DNA of 64,000 nt. Source: Candidatus Marinacidobacterales bacterium (GTDB lineage Bacteria > Acidobacteriota > Vicinamibacteria > Marinacidobacterales > SMYC01). Under the pieces are notes generated by a model that worked only from the letters and a program-made list of their open reading frames with translations, searched no databases and had not been told where the DNA came from. Positions 1 to 10,049 of this stretch are shown piece after piece. The stretch is from assembly GCA_965224085.1 (NCBI GenBank), contig CBDCYI010000005.1, forward strand, positions 64,001 through 128,000. The letters are read 5' to 3'. How positions within the stretch are numbered: the stretch's first letter is position 1; every line of letters starts with the position of its first letter. The position numbers were made by a program, and so were the translations under genes.

Positions 1-482
1 ATGGGCTCCGCAAGGGTGCTACAAGAGCTCTTCGCGAGATGATGGCCGAGACCCGGGCGGAAGGGTTCGGGCCCGAGGTCAAGCGCCGCATCCTCCTCGG
101 TACGTTCGTTCTCTCCGCGGGCTACTACGACGCGTATTACCAGAAGGCGCAGCGCGTACGGACCTTGATTGCAAAGGACTTCGCGAACGCTTTCGAGCGC
201 GTCGATGCCGTCCTGATGCCTACGACGCCCACGACCGCCTTTCCGATTGGCGACAAAGTCGACGACCCGCTGTCGATGTATCTCACGGACATCTTCACGA
301 TCACTGCAAATCTCATCGGCGCCCCGGCATTGAGCCTGCCCGCGGGGTTCAGCGAGAACGGTCTACCGGTGGGCGTCCAGCTCGTCGGACGGCATTTCGA
401 GGAAGCGACGATCTTGAAGCTCGGACACCACTTCCAGCAAAGCTCGGATTTTCACTGCAAAGAGCCCGACCTGCCCCGGTGA
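1..482 (+). CDS. gatA: Asp/Glu-tRNA amidotransferase subunit A, 3' part (begins before window)
   Basis: [31 protein letters not shown] and [21 protein letters not shown] are GatA signatures; frame is open to the window edge. Confidence 0.95.
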   Translation, partial: GLRKGATRALREMMAETRAEGFGPEVKRRILLGTFVLSAGYYDAYYQKAQRVRTLIAKDFANAFERVDAVLMPTTPTTAFPIGDKVDDPLSMYLTDIFTITANLIGAPALSLPAGFSENGLPVGVQLVGRHFEEATILKLGHHFQQSSDFHCKEPDLPR

Positions 483-1026
483 ATCCAGACATAGACGGGC
501 ACGCCGAGCATCAAGAGCAAAAAACCCCAATACACGATTTCCTGCCCGGCCCCGGCAATCGCCCATAGCGAAAAGGCGAAGGCGAAAACCGAAACGCCTG
601 AGAGTGAGAATGACGCGTGCGAGAGCTTGCGGCGGATCATGAGCTCAGCGAGCGAGCAGAACACGTAAGGCACAAGTGTGTTCATGTCGCAAGCAAAATG
701 ATGAACGTGAACTGCTCTACGAGGCTCTTGGAGTAGTTCATCATGAGTAGCACGCTCGCGGGAAAGCTCGAGAACACGAGCCCATGGGCAGGCGTGTCAT
801 ATTTCGAGATACGGCCGAACACTTTTTGGAAACAGACCATCGCGTGCGGCAGCGAGAGGTATCTGACCTTGAAGCAGGAGCCAGCCGTTCAAAGCGCCGA
901 AGCAAGAGCCGACCTGATCCCGCCAAAAGACCCGAGCGATGCAGGGAGAAGAAAGATGCCGGAGCCGATCATGTTGCCGACGACGAGCGCGGTCACCATC
1001 CACATGCCGAGCTTGCGCGTTGCCAT
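452..1026 (-). pseudogene. APC-family amino acid permease/antiporter, internally deleted and frameshifted
   Basis: MATRKLGMWMVTALVVGNMIGSGIFLLPASL (APC TM1) joins out of frame near 914 to SCFGALNGWLLLQGQIPLAAARDGLFP (late TM region); further shifts near 826 and 685; only about 190 codons remain. Confidence 0.85.
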
Positions 1027-1028
1027 GG

Positions 1029-2093
1029 TCAGCTTCGCCTCTCTTGAAAGTGATCCCAACCGCTTGTGCTCAGCGGCTCTACCGATCCGTCGCGCCGCAC
1101 GAGCTCTAAGGCGTCACCATCCGACGTCATTTCACCGATACGCGTGAACGCTATATCGCTGGTATCCCGAAACGCTTCGATGGCGGACGCATTGCGCGCA
1201 GTGAAAAGGAGCTCGTAATCCTCGCCGCCCGAAACAGCGGCGTACACGGGGTCGCGGCCATGCTCCCGTTTCCACGCGAGGGCGCCGGGCGCCAAAGGAA
1301 GCGCCTTTTCTTCGATTCGCGCGCCGGTGCCGCTCGCGCGGCACAAGCGATGTAAATCGAGACTCAAGCCGTCCGACACATCGATGCAGGCGGTGGCAAG
1401 GTCGCGCGCTCTGAGCTCTCTTCCGAGCGCGAGGCGCGGCTCCGGATCGAGATGCGCCCGAATACAGGGCTCGGTGAGTGGAAGCGGCCCCTCGCGCAGG
1501 GCGGCCGGACCTCGGTCCGAGAAGACAAGACCTCCCGAAGGTGACAAAGCCGCGCCTTTTTGCAAAAGCCAGAGGCCCAAAGCACTCGCTCCAATCTCGC
1601 CCGAGACGTAAATCGCGTCGCCCGCGCGGGCGCCTCCGCGGCGGAGCGTCTTGCCGGCCTCGGTATGACCAACAACCGTGACATCAACGACCGCAGGCCC
1701 ATCGGAGTGCGCCAGGTTTCCGCCCACAAGGCCCATCCCGAGCTCTCCGCAACGCTCTGCCGCACCGTCAATGATCTGCCATAGCGTTTCCACCTCGATG
1801 TCACCGGAAACACTCAGAGAAAGAAGACTCGCGAGCACGTGGCCCCCCATCGCCGCGATATCGCTCGCGCTGACCGCAACAGCCTTCCGCCCAAGAAAAA
1901 CTGGAGGCGTCGTCACCCAGGAAAAGTGCGTGCCTTCAACGAGCGAATCGACCGAAAGAAGCACGAGCTCACCGTCCGGCACAGAAACCGCAGCCGCGTC
2001 ATCCCCGATTCCGATAGAAACGTGCTCGAGGGGTGAGAACCGGTCCTGGAGCTCCGTGAGAAAAGCGTCTTCCCCGAACGCGGCAAGCTTCAT
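1029..2093 (-). CDS. thiL: Thiamine-monophosphate kinase
   Basis: GIGDDAA, VDSLVEGTHF, SDIAAMGG, DVSDGL, GGEDYELLF; start placed at MKLAAFGE because the upstream extension overlaps 6S RNA. Confidence 0.95.
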   Translation of the reverse strand: MKLAAFGEDAFLTELQDRFSPLEHVSIGIGDDAAAVSVPDGELVLLSVDSLVEGTHFSWVTTPPVFLGRKAVAVSASDIAAMGGHVLASLLSLSVSGDIEVETLWQIIDGAAERCGELGMGLVGGNLAHSDGPAVVDVTVVGHTEAGKTLRRGGARAGDAIYVSGEIGASALGLWLLQKGAALSPSGGLVFSDRGPAALREGPLPLTEPCIRAHLDPEPRLALGRELRARDLATACIDVSDGLSLDLHRLCRASGTGARIEEKALPLAPGALAWKREHGRDPVYAAVSGGEDYELLFTARNASAIEAFRDTSDIAFTRIGEMTSDGDALELVRRDGSVEPLSTSGWDHFQERRS

Positions 2094-2143
2094 AGAACCG
2101 CGACTGAATGCCGAACGCCGCATCCTGAATGCTGAATGAAAAG

Positions 2144-2314
2144 ACCCCCGCTTTGCCGTGTAAGAGAATCTATTTGAACCACCCGCAAAGGTGGGCGACC
2201 CTTCCTGCGTCCTTCGCGAACTCTCGAGGAGCCATGCTCCGATCCGCCGGGGGGGTCTCCCCTTCAAATAGACGTTGGCTCAATAGTTTTTCCCTATCAC
2301 GCGCAAAGCAGGGT
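2144..2314 (-). ncRNA. ssrS: 6S RNA
   Basis: About 170 nt directly downstream of zapA; ends pair (CCCTGCTTTGCGCGTG / CACGGCAAAGCGGGG); TTGAGCCAAC and GGTTCAA flank the central bubble. Confidence 0.85.
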
Positions 2315-2326
2315 ACTCAGGCTCAA

Positions 2327-2656
2327 TTATACCGCTCCAGAAGTCTCTGTCGGCTCGCGTAGAGACTCCTTGAGCGATTTCACGAGCGCCGAGGCGTCGC
2401 GCGCGAGCTCCTCGTCGGCGTCGCGGGCCTTTTCCTCTGCTTTGAAGAACTCATCAGCGATATTCAGCGCCGCGAGAATGGCGACCTTTAAAGGCTCCGC
2501 CTGGCTCGAAGCATCAGCGATTGTGGCCATCTTGGTATCCACGAAGCGCGCGAGCTCCTCGATATAGGCGAGGTTCTCTTCCGCACGTACCTTATAGGTT
2601 TCTCCCATGATGACCACTGGGACGAGACTCGAATCCGGTTGACTTCCATCGCTCAT
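2327..2656 (-). CDS. zapA: Cell division protein ZapA
   Basis: V.IMGETYKVR, YIEELARFVDTKM, VAILAALNIADEF; located upstream of 6S RNA. Confidence 0.9.
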   Translation of the reverse strand: MSDGSQPDSSLVPVVIMGETYKVRAEENLAYIEELARFVDTKMATIADASSQAEPLKVAILAALNIADEFFKAEEKARDADEELARDASALVKSLKESLREPTETSGAV

Positions 2657-2690
2657 AGGGCGGTTATTGTAGGCGACGGAGCCAGCTCGC

Positions 2691-3011
2691 TCAAGGGCTC
2701 GCTTCGAGCTTTCCGATCCGCTCGAGAAGCTGTTCCACCTTGGTGCGGATTTTCTTGCGCTCTTCGCGGAGCGCGGCAAGCTCGCCCCGGAGCTGAGCGG
2801 CGTCCAGAGCGGTGTCGTCCGAAGGAGCGGCGCCGCCAGCAGAAAGCAATTCCACCTGCCGCTTCAGCTCGGTGACTTCGCTTTTGAGCGAGTAGTTGGA
2901 TTCGCGCAGCTGTTCGATGAGCGCGGTCGCTTGCTCGACGCGCCCCTTGAGAGCTTTTAGACGGCGCGACGTCTTGGGTGCGGCGCGTTCCGTCTCAGCC
3001 GCTGTAGGCAC
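2691..3011 (-). CDS. ZapB-like coiled-coil protein
   Basis: Coiled-coil sequence ending LREERKKIRTKVEQLLERI, directly upstream of zapA. Confidence 0.7.
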   Translation of the reverse strand: MPTAAETERAAPKTSRRLKALKGRVEQATALIEQLRESNYSLKSEVTELKRQVELLSAGGAAPSDDTALDAAQLRGELAALREERKKIRTKVEQLLERIGKLEASP

Positions 3012-3016
3012 TGCAC

Positions 3017-3376
3017 TCAGCTCGCCAGTGCTTCTTTCGCGACGTGGGCGAGCTCAGAAAACGCCTTTTCATCGGCGAGCGCTAGCTCGGCAAGTTGTTT
3101 CCGGTTCAAGGCGACGCTTGCTTTGGACAGCCCCGCCATGAACGTGCTGTAGGACATGCCGTTCAAGCGCGCGCCCGCCCCGATGCGGATGATCCACAGA
3201 CGGCGAAAATCCCTTTTGCGGGTACGCCGGTCGCGATAAGCATAGGATAGCGCGCGATCCACCGACTCCATGGCCGAGCGATAGAGCTTGCTCTTGGTGC
3301 CGCGAAACCCTTTCGCGAGCTTTAGTATTTTCTTGCGGCGATCGCGCCGGTTCGAACCTCGTTTGACTCTTGGCAT
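3017..3376 (-). CDS. rplT: 50S ribosomal protein L20
   Basis: MPRVKRG...KILKLAKGF...[17 protein letters not shown]. Confidence 0.99.
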   Translation of the reverse strand: MPRVKRGSNRRDRRKKILKLAKGFRGTKSKLYRSAMESVDRALSYAYRDRRTRKRDFRRLWIIRIGAGARLNGMSYSTFMAGLSKASVALNRKQLAELALADEKAFSELAHVAKEALAS

Positions 3377-3404
3377 TTCTCGAACACTCCGAAACGATAT
3401 CAGC

Positions 3405-3602
3405 CTAATACGGAATCAGCGGTGCTACGAACTTAGCGTCAGCCTTCGAAACAAGGCCTGACTTACGCAGCCTGCGCTTCCGGTGGCGTTTCTTCTTCGT
3501 CATTATGTGACCGGCATTAGCGTGGCTGCGTTTGATTTTGCCGCTTGCCGTCTTGCGAAAACGTTTGGCAGCCCCGCGATGCGACTTTGCTTTCTTTCCC
3601 AC
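3405..3602 (-). CDS. rpmI: 50S ribosomal protein L35
   Basis: [20 protein letters not shown]; GTG start downstream of GGAG; between infC and rplT. Confidence 0.95.
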   Translation of the reverse strand: MGKKAKSHRGAAKRFRKTASGKIKRSHANAGHIMTKKKRHRKRRLRKSGLVSKADAKFVAPLIPY

Positions 3603-3646
3603 TTGTGAGTTACTCCTTCTGGCTCGCACGAGGCGAGGGCGCTACG

Positions 3647-4219
3647 TCACGCCGATTCCGGCTCTTTCTCGTCGCCTTCCTCTTTCGCAGCTTTCATCTT
3701 CTCGATGACCGCCTTTCGAGGCGCCAGAATCTGATGCATCTGGTTTCCTTCCATCCTCGAGCGCGACTCGACGTTCGCGATCTCCCCGAGGTCCTTCGAC
3801 AATCGATCCAAAATCTTTACACCGAGCTGGCCGTGCGAGCGCTCCCGACCGCGAAACATGATCGTCGTCTTGACTTTGTCGCCCTCCATCAAGAATCGCG
3901 CGACGTGGTTTTTCTTGAATCCGTAATCATGGTGATCGATCTTCAAGCGAAATTTGATTTCTTTGACTTGAATTTGTTTCTGGTGCTTCTTCGCTTCATG
4001 AGCGCGCTTGTTCTTCTGGTACAGGTATTTGCCATAGTTCATGATCCGGCAAACTGGCGGGTTCGCTTTCGCAACGATCTCCACCAAATCCAACTCTTTC
4101 TCGCGAGCCATCCGGAGCGCGTCTTCCGGCCGAACGATGCCGACCTGTTCTCCGTTCTCGTCGATCAATCGAATCTCTCGTGCTCGAATCCGCTCGTTTA
4201 CGCGAGTAGACCTATCGAT
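3647..4219 (-). CDS. infC: Translation initiation factor IF-3 (probable ATC start)
   Basis: VNERIRAREIRLIDENGEQ, PPVCRIMNYGK, VKEIKFR; GGAGGTG Shine-Dalgarno precedes an in-frame ATC at 4219. Confidence 0.95.
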   Translation of the reverse strand: MDRSTRVNERIRAREIRLIDENGEQVGIVRPEDALRMAREKELDLVEIVAKANPPVCRIMNYGKYLYQKNKRAHEAKKHQKQIQVKEIKFRLKIDHHDYGFKKNHVARFLMEGDKVKTTIMFRGRERSHGQLGVKILDRLSKDLGEIANVESRSRMEGNQMHQILAPRKAVIEKMKAAKEEGDEKEPESA

Positions 4220-4303
4220 GTGTCACCTCCTTCGTTCCCGCCCATATACATCCAGCTATTATGCCTGGCCCGTCATCTCGATTTCCACTGTGAATACCAT
4301 AAC

Positions 4304-6226
4304 TCAAGGCCTTAGTGCTCGTTTGTGGACCAAGGCCTGAACCGATTCGATGAAGGCCGGGATCGTCTCGCGCCCCTGGTCGCCGTCCTTTCGGTCGCGA
4401 ACGGATGCCGTCTCACTTTCGATTTCCTTGTCCCCGGTAACGAGCATGAAGGGGACTTTCTGAAGCTGCGCCTCGCGGATCTTTCGACCGATTTTCTCGT
4501 TCCGGTCGTCCACGTCGACGCGCAGGCCCGCCGCCTTCAGCTCGTCCGCAACCCTCTGGGCGTAGTCGTGATGTTTGTCGGAGATCGGCAGCACCACCGC
4601 CTGCACGGGGGCTAGCCAGACCGGTAGAGCGCCTTTTGTATGTTCTATCAAAAGCGCCATGAAGCGCTCGAGCGAGCCGAGAATCGCGCGGTGGATGAGC
4701 ACCGGCCGCTTGCGTGTCCCGTCCTCGGCTGCGTAGTGCAGGTCGAAGTTGTCGGGCTGCGCGAAATCGACTTGGATCGTCGCACATTGATGCGTGCGCC
4801 CAATCGCGTCCTGCACGTGAAAATCGATCTTGGGGCCGTAGAAAGCTCCGTCGCCGGGATTGATGCGATAATTCGTGTTGGCCACCTTGAGGCCCCGGAC
4901 GAGGGCCGCCTCGGCTAGCTCCCATTGCTCGTCCGTCCCGACGGTCTTGTCCTTTTCCGGCCGCGTGGAAAGCTCCACGCGCACACCTTCGAACCCGAAA
5001 TCGGCATAGACCTCGTCGGCGAGCTTGATGAGGTCCACGATCTCCTGCTCGATTTGCTCGTAAGTGCAATAGATGTGGGCGTCGTCCTGGACGAAGGACC
5101 GCACCCGCGTCAGTCCCGAGAGAACGCCCGAGCGCTCATAGCGATGGCAATGGCCGAACTCCGATAAACGCAGCGGGAGCTCGCGATAGCTCCTCAGAGC
5201 TGAATCGTAGACGATCGCCGCGCCCGGGCAGTTCATCGGCTTCATGCCTGCTTCCATGTCCTCGGACTCGACGAAATACATGTTGTGTTTATAGTGTTCG
5301 TAGTGGCCGCTGCGCTTCCATACGTCAACGTTCATCACGATCGGCGTCTTGATCTCCTGATAGCCGCGCTTGTCGAGCTTCTCGCGCATGTACTCCATGA
5401 GGCCGTTGACGACTTTCCAACCTTTGGGAAGCCAAAAGACTTGGCCCGGCGCCTCGGGCCGGATGACGAAAAGCGAAAGCTCCGTCCCTAGCCTGCGATG
5501 GTCACGCTTCTTGGCTTCTTCGAGCCGCCTCAAGTGATCCGCGAGCGCTTTCTTATCGTAGAAGGTCGTGGCGTAGATGCGCTGCATGGGTGCTCTCGCC
5601 TCGTCGCCCTTCCAATAGGCAGCGGAGCTCTTGAGAACTTTGATCGCCTTGATGACGCCGCTATGCGGCACGTGCGGCCCTTCGCAAAAATCGTAGAACG
5701 CGCCGACGCGGTAGCACGAGACGACATCGCCTCCCTTTTCGCTGACGAGCTCTCCCTTGAACGGCTGACCGAGCTCCTCGAATTTCGCGATAGCCTCCGG
5801 CTTCGGTATGTCCTGTCGCTCGTAAGGAAGCTTCCTTTTGGCGAGCTCCTTCATTTTGTCTTCGATCTTCTGAAGATCGTCCGGCGTGAAGGGCTCGTCG
5901 ACAACGAAGTCGTAGAAGAACCCGCCATCGATGGGCGGGCCGATCCCGTATTTTGCGTTCGGAAAAAGCTCGGTGACGGCGGCCGCCATTAAGTGGGCTG
6001 AGCTGTGGCGAAATATCTCGAGCGTCTCCTCGTCTTTCGGCGTGAGGATGCGCACCTCAGCGTCTTTGTCAATCGATCGGCTGAGATCGTACGGCTCTCC
6101 ATCGATGAGCGCCGCGATCGCAGCGGAGGCAAGTCCCGGGCCGATATCCTCCGCGATCGTGCGCGGGGTCACGCCCGCGTCATATTGCTTTGCCGTCCCA
6201 TCTGGGAGTTTCACCGTAATCGGCAT
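4304..6226 (-). CDS. thrS: Threonine--tRNA ligase
   Basis: TGS domain, FRHSSAHL, RDHRRLG, KPMNCP, GAFYGPKID, IHRAILGS.ERF. Confidence 0.99.
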   Translation of the reverse strand: MPITVKLPDGTAKQYDAGVTPRTIAEDIGPGLASAAIAALIDGEPYDLSRSIDKDAEVRILTPKDEETLEIFRHSSAHLMAAAVTELFPNAKYGIGPPIDGGFFYDFVVDEPFTPDDLQKIEDKMKELAKRKLPYERQDIPKPEAIAKFEELGQPFKGELVSEKGGDVVSCYRVGAFYDFCEGPHVPHSGVIKAIKVLKSSAAYWKGDEARAPMQRIYATTFYDKKALADHLRRLEEAKKRDHRRLGTELSLFVIRPEAPGQVFWLPKGWKVVNGLMEYMREKLDKRGYQEIKTPIVMNVDVWKRSGHYEHYKHNMYFVESEDMEAGMKPMNCPGAAIVYDSALRSYRELPLRLSEFGHCHRYERSGVLSGLTRVRSFVQDDAHIYCTYEQIEQEIVDLIKLADEVYADFGFEGVRVELSTRPEKDKTVGTDEQWELAEAALVRGLKVANTNYRINPGDGAFYGPKIDFHVQDAIGRTHQCATIQVDFAQPDNFDLHYAAEDGTRKRPVLIHRAILGSLERFMALLIEHTKGALPVWLAPVQAVVLPISDKHHDYAQRVADELKAAGLRVDVDDRNEKIGRKIREAQLQKVPFMLVTGDKEIESETASVRDRKDGDQGRETIPAFIESVQALVHKRALRP

Positions 6227-6240
6227 AACGAAATCAAAAA

Positions 6241-6277
6241 CGCCCGCGGCGAATCCATCGCGGATTTGCCGCGGACG
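6241..6277 (-). terminator. GC hairpin followed by a U-tract, downstream of tRNA-Val
   Basis: CCGCGGCGAATCC / GGATTTGCCGCGG stem with an adjacent A-run (T-run on the minus strand). Confidence 0.5.
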
Positions 6278-6285
6278 CTAAGCAT

Positions 6286-6360
6286 TGGTAGGCGCGGGCG
6301 GATTTGAACCGCCGACATCTACCACGTCAAGGTAGCGCTCTCCCACTGAGCTACGCGCCT
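6286..6360 (-). tRNA. tRNA-Val(GAC)
   Basis: Reverse complement AGGCGCGTAGCTCAG...CTACC-TTGACGT-GGTAG...GTTCAAATCC...CCA forms a cloverleaf. Confidence 0.97.
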
Positions 6361-6537
6361 AGTGACTCTACTCCGACGTGAATACTAGCAATGCCACGTC
6401 ACGGTGTCAAGACAACAAACTCCTCTCTGAGTTGAAGATACACGCATGAGGGAGGTTCTGGGGTCTTTTTCTCGTCTCATTGACTGGAGTAGGAGGTGAG
6501 GTGATAATTGCGTAGGAGAAGTTTCCCCGTCCAAAGT

Positions 6538-8280
6538 ATGGCTAGCGCGCCCCGTCGCCCGACCGCCCCAACTGCCGAGTCCAGCTCTATCCCGGATCTC
6601 GTTGAAATCCTTAAAGTGCAGGGACTCCTGACGAGCGGAGAGGAAGACCAGATCCAGCGCTACATCCAGCTGCAGCGACTCAGCGAAGAAGCGGCCGTCC
6701 GGCGGCTCGGCAAGCTCGACGAAGACGAGATCACGCAGGCGGTCGCAAAACACGCCAAGCTGCCTTACCTCAAGATCAACCCGCTCGATCTCGACCTCGA
6801 CGTCGTCACTAGAGCGCTCCCCGCGCCCTTCGCGAGGCGTCACACGATGTGCGCGGTGTCGAAGCACGCCAACACCGTGACGCTCGCGATCGCCAACCCG
6901 TTCAACCGGGCACCGCTTCGAGACCTGCAGCAATTCGGGGGCATGGAGGTGCGGCTCGTCGTCGCGTCACGGTCGGACATCGAGACCGTCAACAAGGGCT
7001 TCTACGATCTCAAAACGTCCCTCCAGGCAGCCGAGTCCCAACTCACCGATGGCCGGCTCACATCCATCGACGTGACCAACCAGGAATTTCTCTCCGGTCC
7101 AACCGTAGAGATGGACCCGACGATGCAGCCCGTCGTCACCGCACTCGACAACATGTTGACGCATGCTTTCGATCAACGTGCCTCCGACATCCACATGGAG
7201 CCGAAGCGCAACATCGCGCTCGTCCGCTTGCGTTATCGACGGTGTTTTGACGTTCACGTCATCCCGAAGATCGTCTACCAGGCCGTGGTAAGCCGGGTAA
7301 AGATGCTGAGCGGGCTCAATATCGCCGAGAAGAGGCGGCCTCAAGACGGACGCATCAAAAGAAACGAAGGTGGCAAGGAGATTGAGATTCGCGTTTCCAC
7401 GATGCCGACGGTGTTCGGCGAGAAAGCCGTGCTGCGTATCTTCGACCCGGACATTCTTTTGAAATCGATCGAAGAGCTCGGTTTTTCCGAAACGGACCTT
7501 CCGCGCTTCTTACCCTTTCTCGAGAACCGGGAAGGCATCGTCCTCGTTACCGGCCCCACGGGAAGCGGCAAGACGACGACACTTTATTCCGTCCTGAAAC
7601 ATCTCTCGAAGCCCGAAGTCAACATCGTCACGATCGAAGATCCCATCGAGCTCGTTTACGACGACTTCAACCAAGTTTAAATCCGACCGGATCTCGACGT
7701 GACCTTCGCCAACACCATCCGCACCGTGCTCCGCCAGGACCCGGACATCGTGATGGTGGGTGAGATTCGCGACAGCGAGACCGCATATATGGCCATCCAG
7801 GCCGCGCTCACCGGCCATCTTGTCTTCTCGACCCTCCACACGAACGACGCCCCGTCCGCGGTGACGCGTTTGTTGGATCTCGGAGCGCCGCCTTTTCTCA
7901 TCACCTCGACGCTCGTGGGCGTCATCGCCCAGAGGCTCGTCCGCACGTTGTGCCCGAAATGCATCGACGGCGTAAAGCCTACGGAGGAGGACGCTTTCGG
8001 TTTGAGCGTGCCCTTCGAAAAAATCCGAGGCCTGACGTTTCGCCAGGGGCAAGGATGTATCAACTGCCGCCAAACCGGCTATCTAGGCCGGAGCGGCATC
8101 TACGAGATCATGCCTGCATCGCGCAAGATAAGAAAACTGATCGTCTCGAAAACCGAGGCCCCCGAAATCCTGAGGACCGCCCGCGAAGAGGGCATGCGCA
8201 CATTGAGAGAATCGGCGATCCAAAAACTGGTAAAAGGCGACACGACCGTCTCGGAAGTCATAAGAGTCACGGGTCGCTAG
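6538..8280 (+). pseudogene. GspE/PilB-family secretion/pilus ATPase with an in-frame nonsense codon
   Basis: [55 protein letters not shown]; TAA at 7678-7680 (NQV*IRP); RIDGVL motif displaced out of frame at 7235-7249. Confidence 0.88.
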
Positions 8281-8336
8281 TCCCTGTATCAATAGTTCGT
8301 CACACAAATCTCGGGCCCTTTTGCGCGCTGGCTGCG
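8281..8336. repeat. Arm of a palindromic intergenic repeat (related copy at 45561-46297)
   Basis: CCCTGTATCAATAGTTCGTCACAC...TTTTGCGCGCTGGC aligns with both arms of the second copy. Confidence 0.6.
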
Positions 8337-8340
8337 ACTA

Positions 8341-9449
8341 GTGGACTGTAACAAATAAGAATTTAGTGATATACTTCTCTCATGCAAGAGAGGACCAGCG
8401 TTGTTTTGACTCGAGCGGAACGTAGGGAACTTGGCAAACGAGTTTCGAGCCGTAGCGGTCGTGCTGACGACGCGCGGATTGCTCGCGTGTTGCTCTTGTT
8501 GGACGAAGGTGCGAGCTACACGCAGGTGCAGCAGTGGGTAGGCTGCACGGCGCCTTTTGTCAGCAAGTGGAAGCGCCGATTCTTGGAGGAGCGGCTGGCA
8601 GGTCTGTACTCGCGTCACGAGGGACGTCCGGTTCAGGTGCTCACGCCTCGGATGGAAGCACGGATTCTTTCGTGGACTCAAAAGAGCCCGACCGACGGCT
8701 CGACTCACTGGAGCACGCGCCGACTTGCGAAGAAACTGGGAATCCATCACATGATGGTGGCTCGTACTTGGAAAAAACACGGTCTACAGCCACACCGAAT
8801 TGAATATTACAAAGCGTCCAACGACCCGGATTTCGAGAAGAAGGCAGCGGATGTCATCGGTCTCTATATGAATCCGCCTCAGCACGCTGCGGTGTTTTGT
8901 ATTGACGAGAAAACGGCGATCCAAGCCCTGGATCGACGGGACCCGATCTTGCCGTTGTCTCCCGGGCGGGCCGAAAGACACGGTTTCGAGTACGTCCGGA
9001 ATGGAACGCTTTCTCTCTACGCCGCCTTTGACACGAAGACGGGGGAAGTTTTTGGCAAGACCGTCCGCCGACATACCAGCCAGGAGTTTGTCGCCTTCTT
9101 GGAGCAGCTGGTTGCGAGCCACAAGCGAAAGCGTGAAATTCACGTCATCCTCGACAATCTCTCGGCCCACAAAACTGCCAAGGTCACCGAGTTCCTCCAG
9201 GCCAATCCGAAACTCCAATTGCACTTCACACCCACCTACTCCTCCTGGCTGAACAAAGTCGAGCTCTGGTTCTCCAAGATCGAGCGCGACCTGATCCATC
9301 GAGGAGTGTTCACCTCCACCAAAGACCTAACCCGCAAGATCATGCGCTACATTCGCAAGTACAACAAAGACCCTAAGCCCGTGAAGTGGACCTACAACGA
9401 TCCGTCACGGCGCATCAAAACTACTAAACGTTCAGCTGTTACAGTCCAC
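8341..9449 (+). mobile_element. IS630-family insertion sequence
   Basis: Terminal inverted repeats GTGGACTGTAACA / TGTTACAGTCCAC; TA on both sides within a reconstructed CGACTAGTCG palindrome. Confidence 0.93.
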
Positions 9450-9452
9450 TAG
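8382..9452 (+). CDS. IS630-family transposase
   Basis: HTH region, THWSTRRLA, CIDEK, VILDNLSAHK, HFTPTYSSWLN.VELWF. Confidence 0.95.
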   Translation: MQERTSVVLTRAERRELGKRVSSRSGRADDARIARVLLLLDEGASYTQVQQWVGCTAPFVSKWKRRFLEERLAGLYSRHEGRPVQVLTPRMEARILSWTQKSPTDGSTHWSTRRLAKKLGIHHMMVARTWKKHGLQPHRIEYYKASNDPDFEKKAADVIGLYMNPPQHAAVFCIDEKTAIQALDRRDPILPLSPGRAERHGFEYVRNGTLSLYAAFDTKTGEVFGKTVRRHTSQEFVAFLEQLVASHKRKREIHVILDNLSAHKTAKVTEFLQANPKLQLHFTPTYSSWLNKVELWFSKIERDLIHRGVFTSTKDLTRKIMRYIRKYNKDPKPVKWTYNDPSRRIKTTKRSAVTVH

Positions 9453-9472
9453 TCGGTACCTGCTAGCGGCGA

Positions 9473-10042
9473 CTAGCTTCGTGCGACCGGTTCTTGTTCC
9501 GTAAAACGGTCCGTTTCGAATCTTTGGACCACGGTGTCGGCGCTCTTCCAACTGTCTTCCGGGAGGCCGGCTTTCAGGCAGGTCTCAGCGAGGAAGCGAT
9601 CGCGGGTCCAATTTCGTTCAGAGGCGACTTCAGGTAGCAACAACCCTCGGGCGCCGTCGCGCTCGACAATGAGGCCATCACGGCCGACCTCGATCGCGTC
9701 GACCTTGTCGATAGGCTCTGGCATGGTCAGAACGGAAACGCTGATGCGCAGTCGCGACACCTCACCCAGCTGCACGTGCTGGAATCTCGGATCTCCCGTC
9801 GCAGCGACGACGACCGCGCTCGCGATCAGTTTCGAAAGCTCGGCCGAGCGGCCGACGTAGCCGATACAGCCTCTGAGCTCGCCATCGAGGCTCAACGTAG
9901 CGAAGACTCCTCCCGACTCAATGGCAAGATCCAACGGCGGCTCGGGACGCTGACGCGCCGCGATAGCGAAATGATCCTCGAGTGCATAGCGCGCGCCGAG
10001 CAGTAAAGTGGCTCGCTGCTCCTCCGTTAGTAAGCGCGTCAT
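9473..10042 (-). CDS. AMMECR1-domain protein (AmmeMemoRadiSam protein A)
   Basis: GVFATL...LRGCIG, DPRF, SVSVLT, GRDGL, GLLLPEVA, CLKAGL. Confidence 0.92.
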   Translation of the reverse strand: MTRLLTEEQRATLLLGARYALEDHFAIAARQRPEPPLDLAIESGGVFATLSLDGELRGCIGYVGRSAELSKLIASAVVVAATGDPRFQHVQLGEVSRLRISVSVLTMPEPIDKVDAIEVGRDGLIVERDGARGLLLPEVASERNWTRDRFLAETCLKAGLPEDSWKSADTVVQRFETDRFTEQEPVARS

Positions 10043-10049
10043 TCTACGA

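Noticed and set aside
2094-2267. N-terminal extension of thiL
   Set aside because: Overlaps the 6S RNA and has no ThiL similarity
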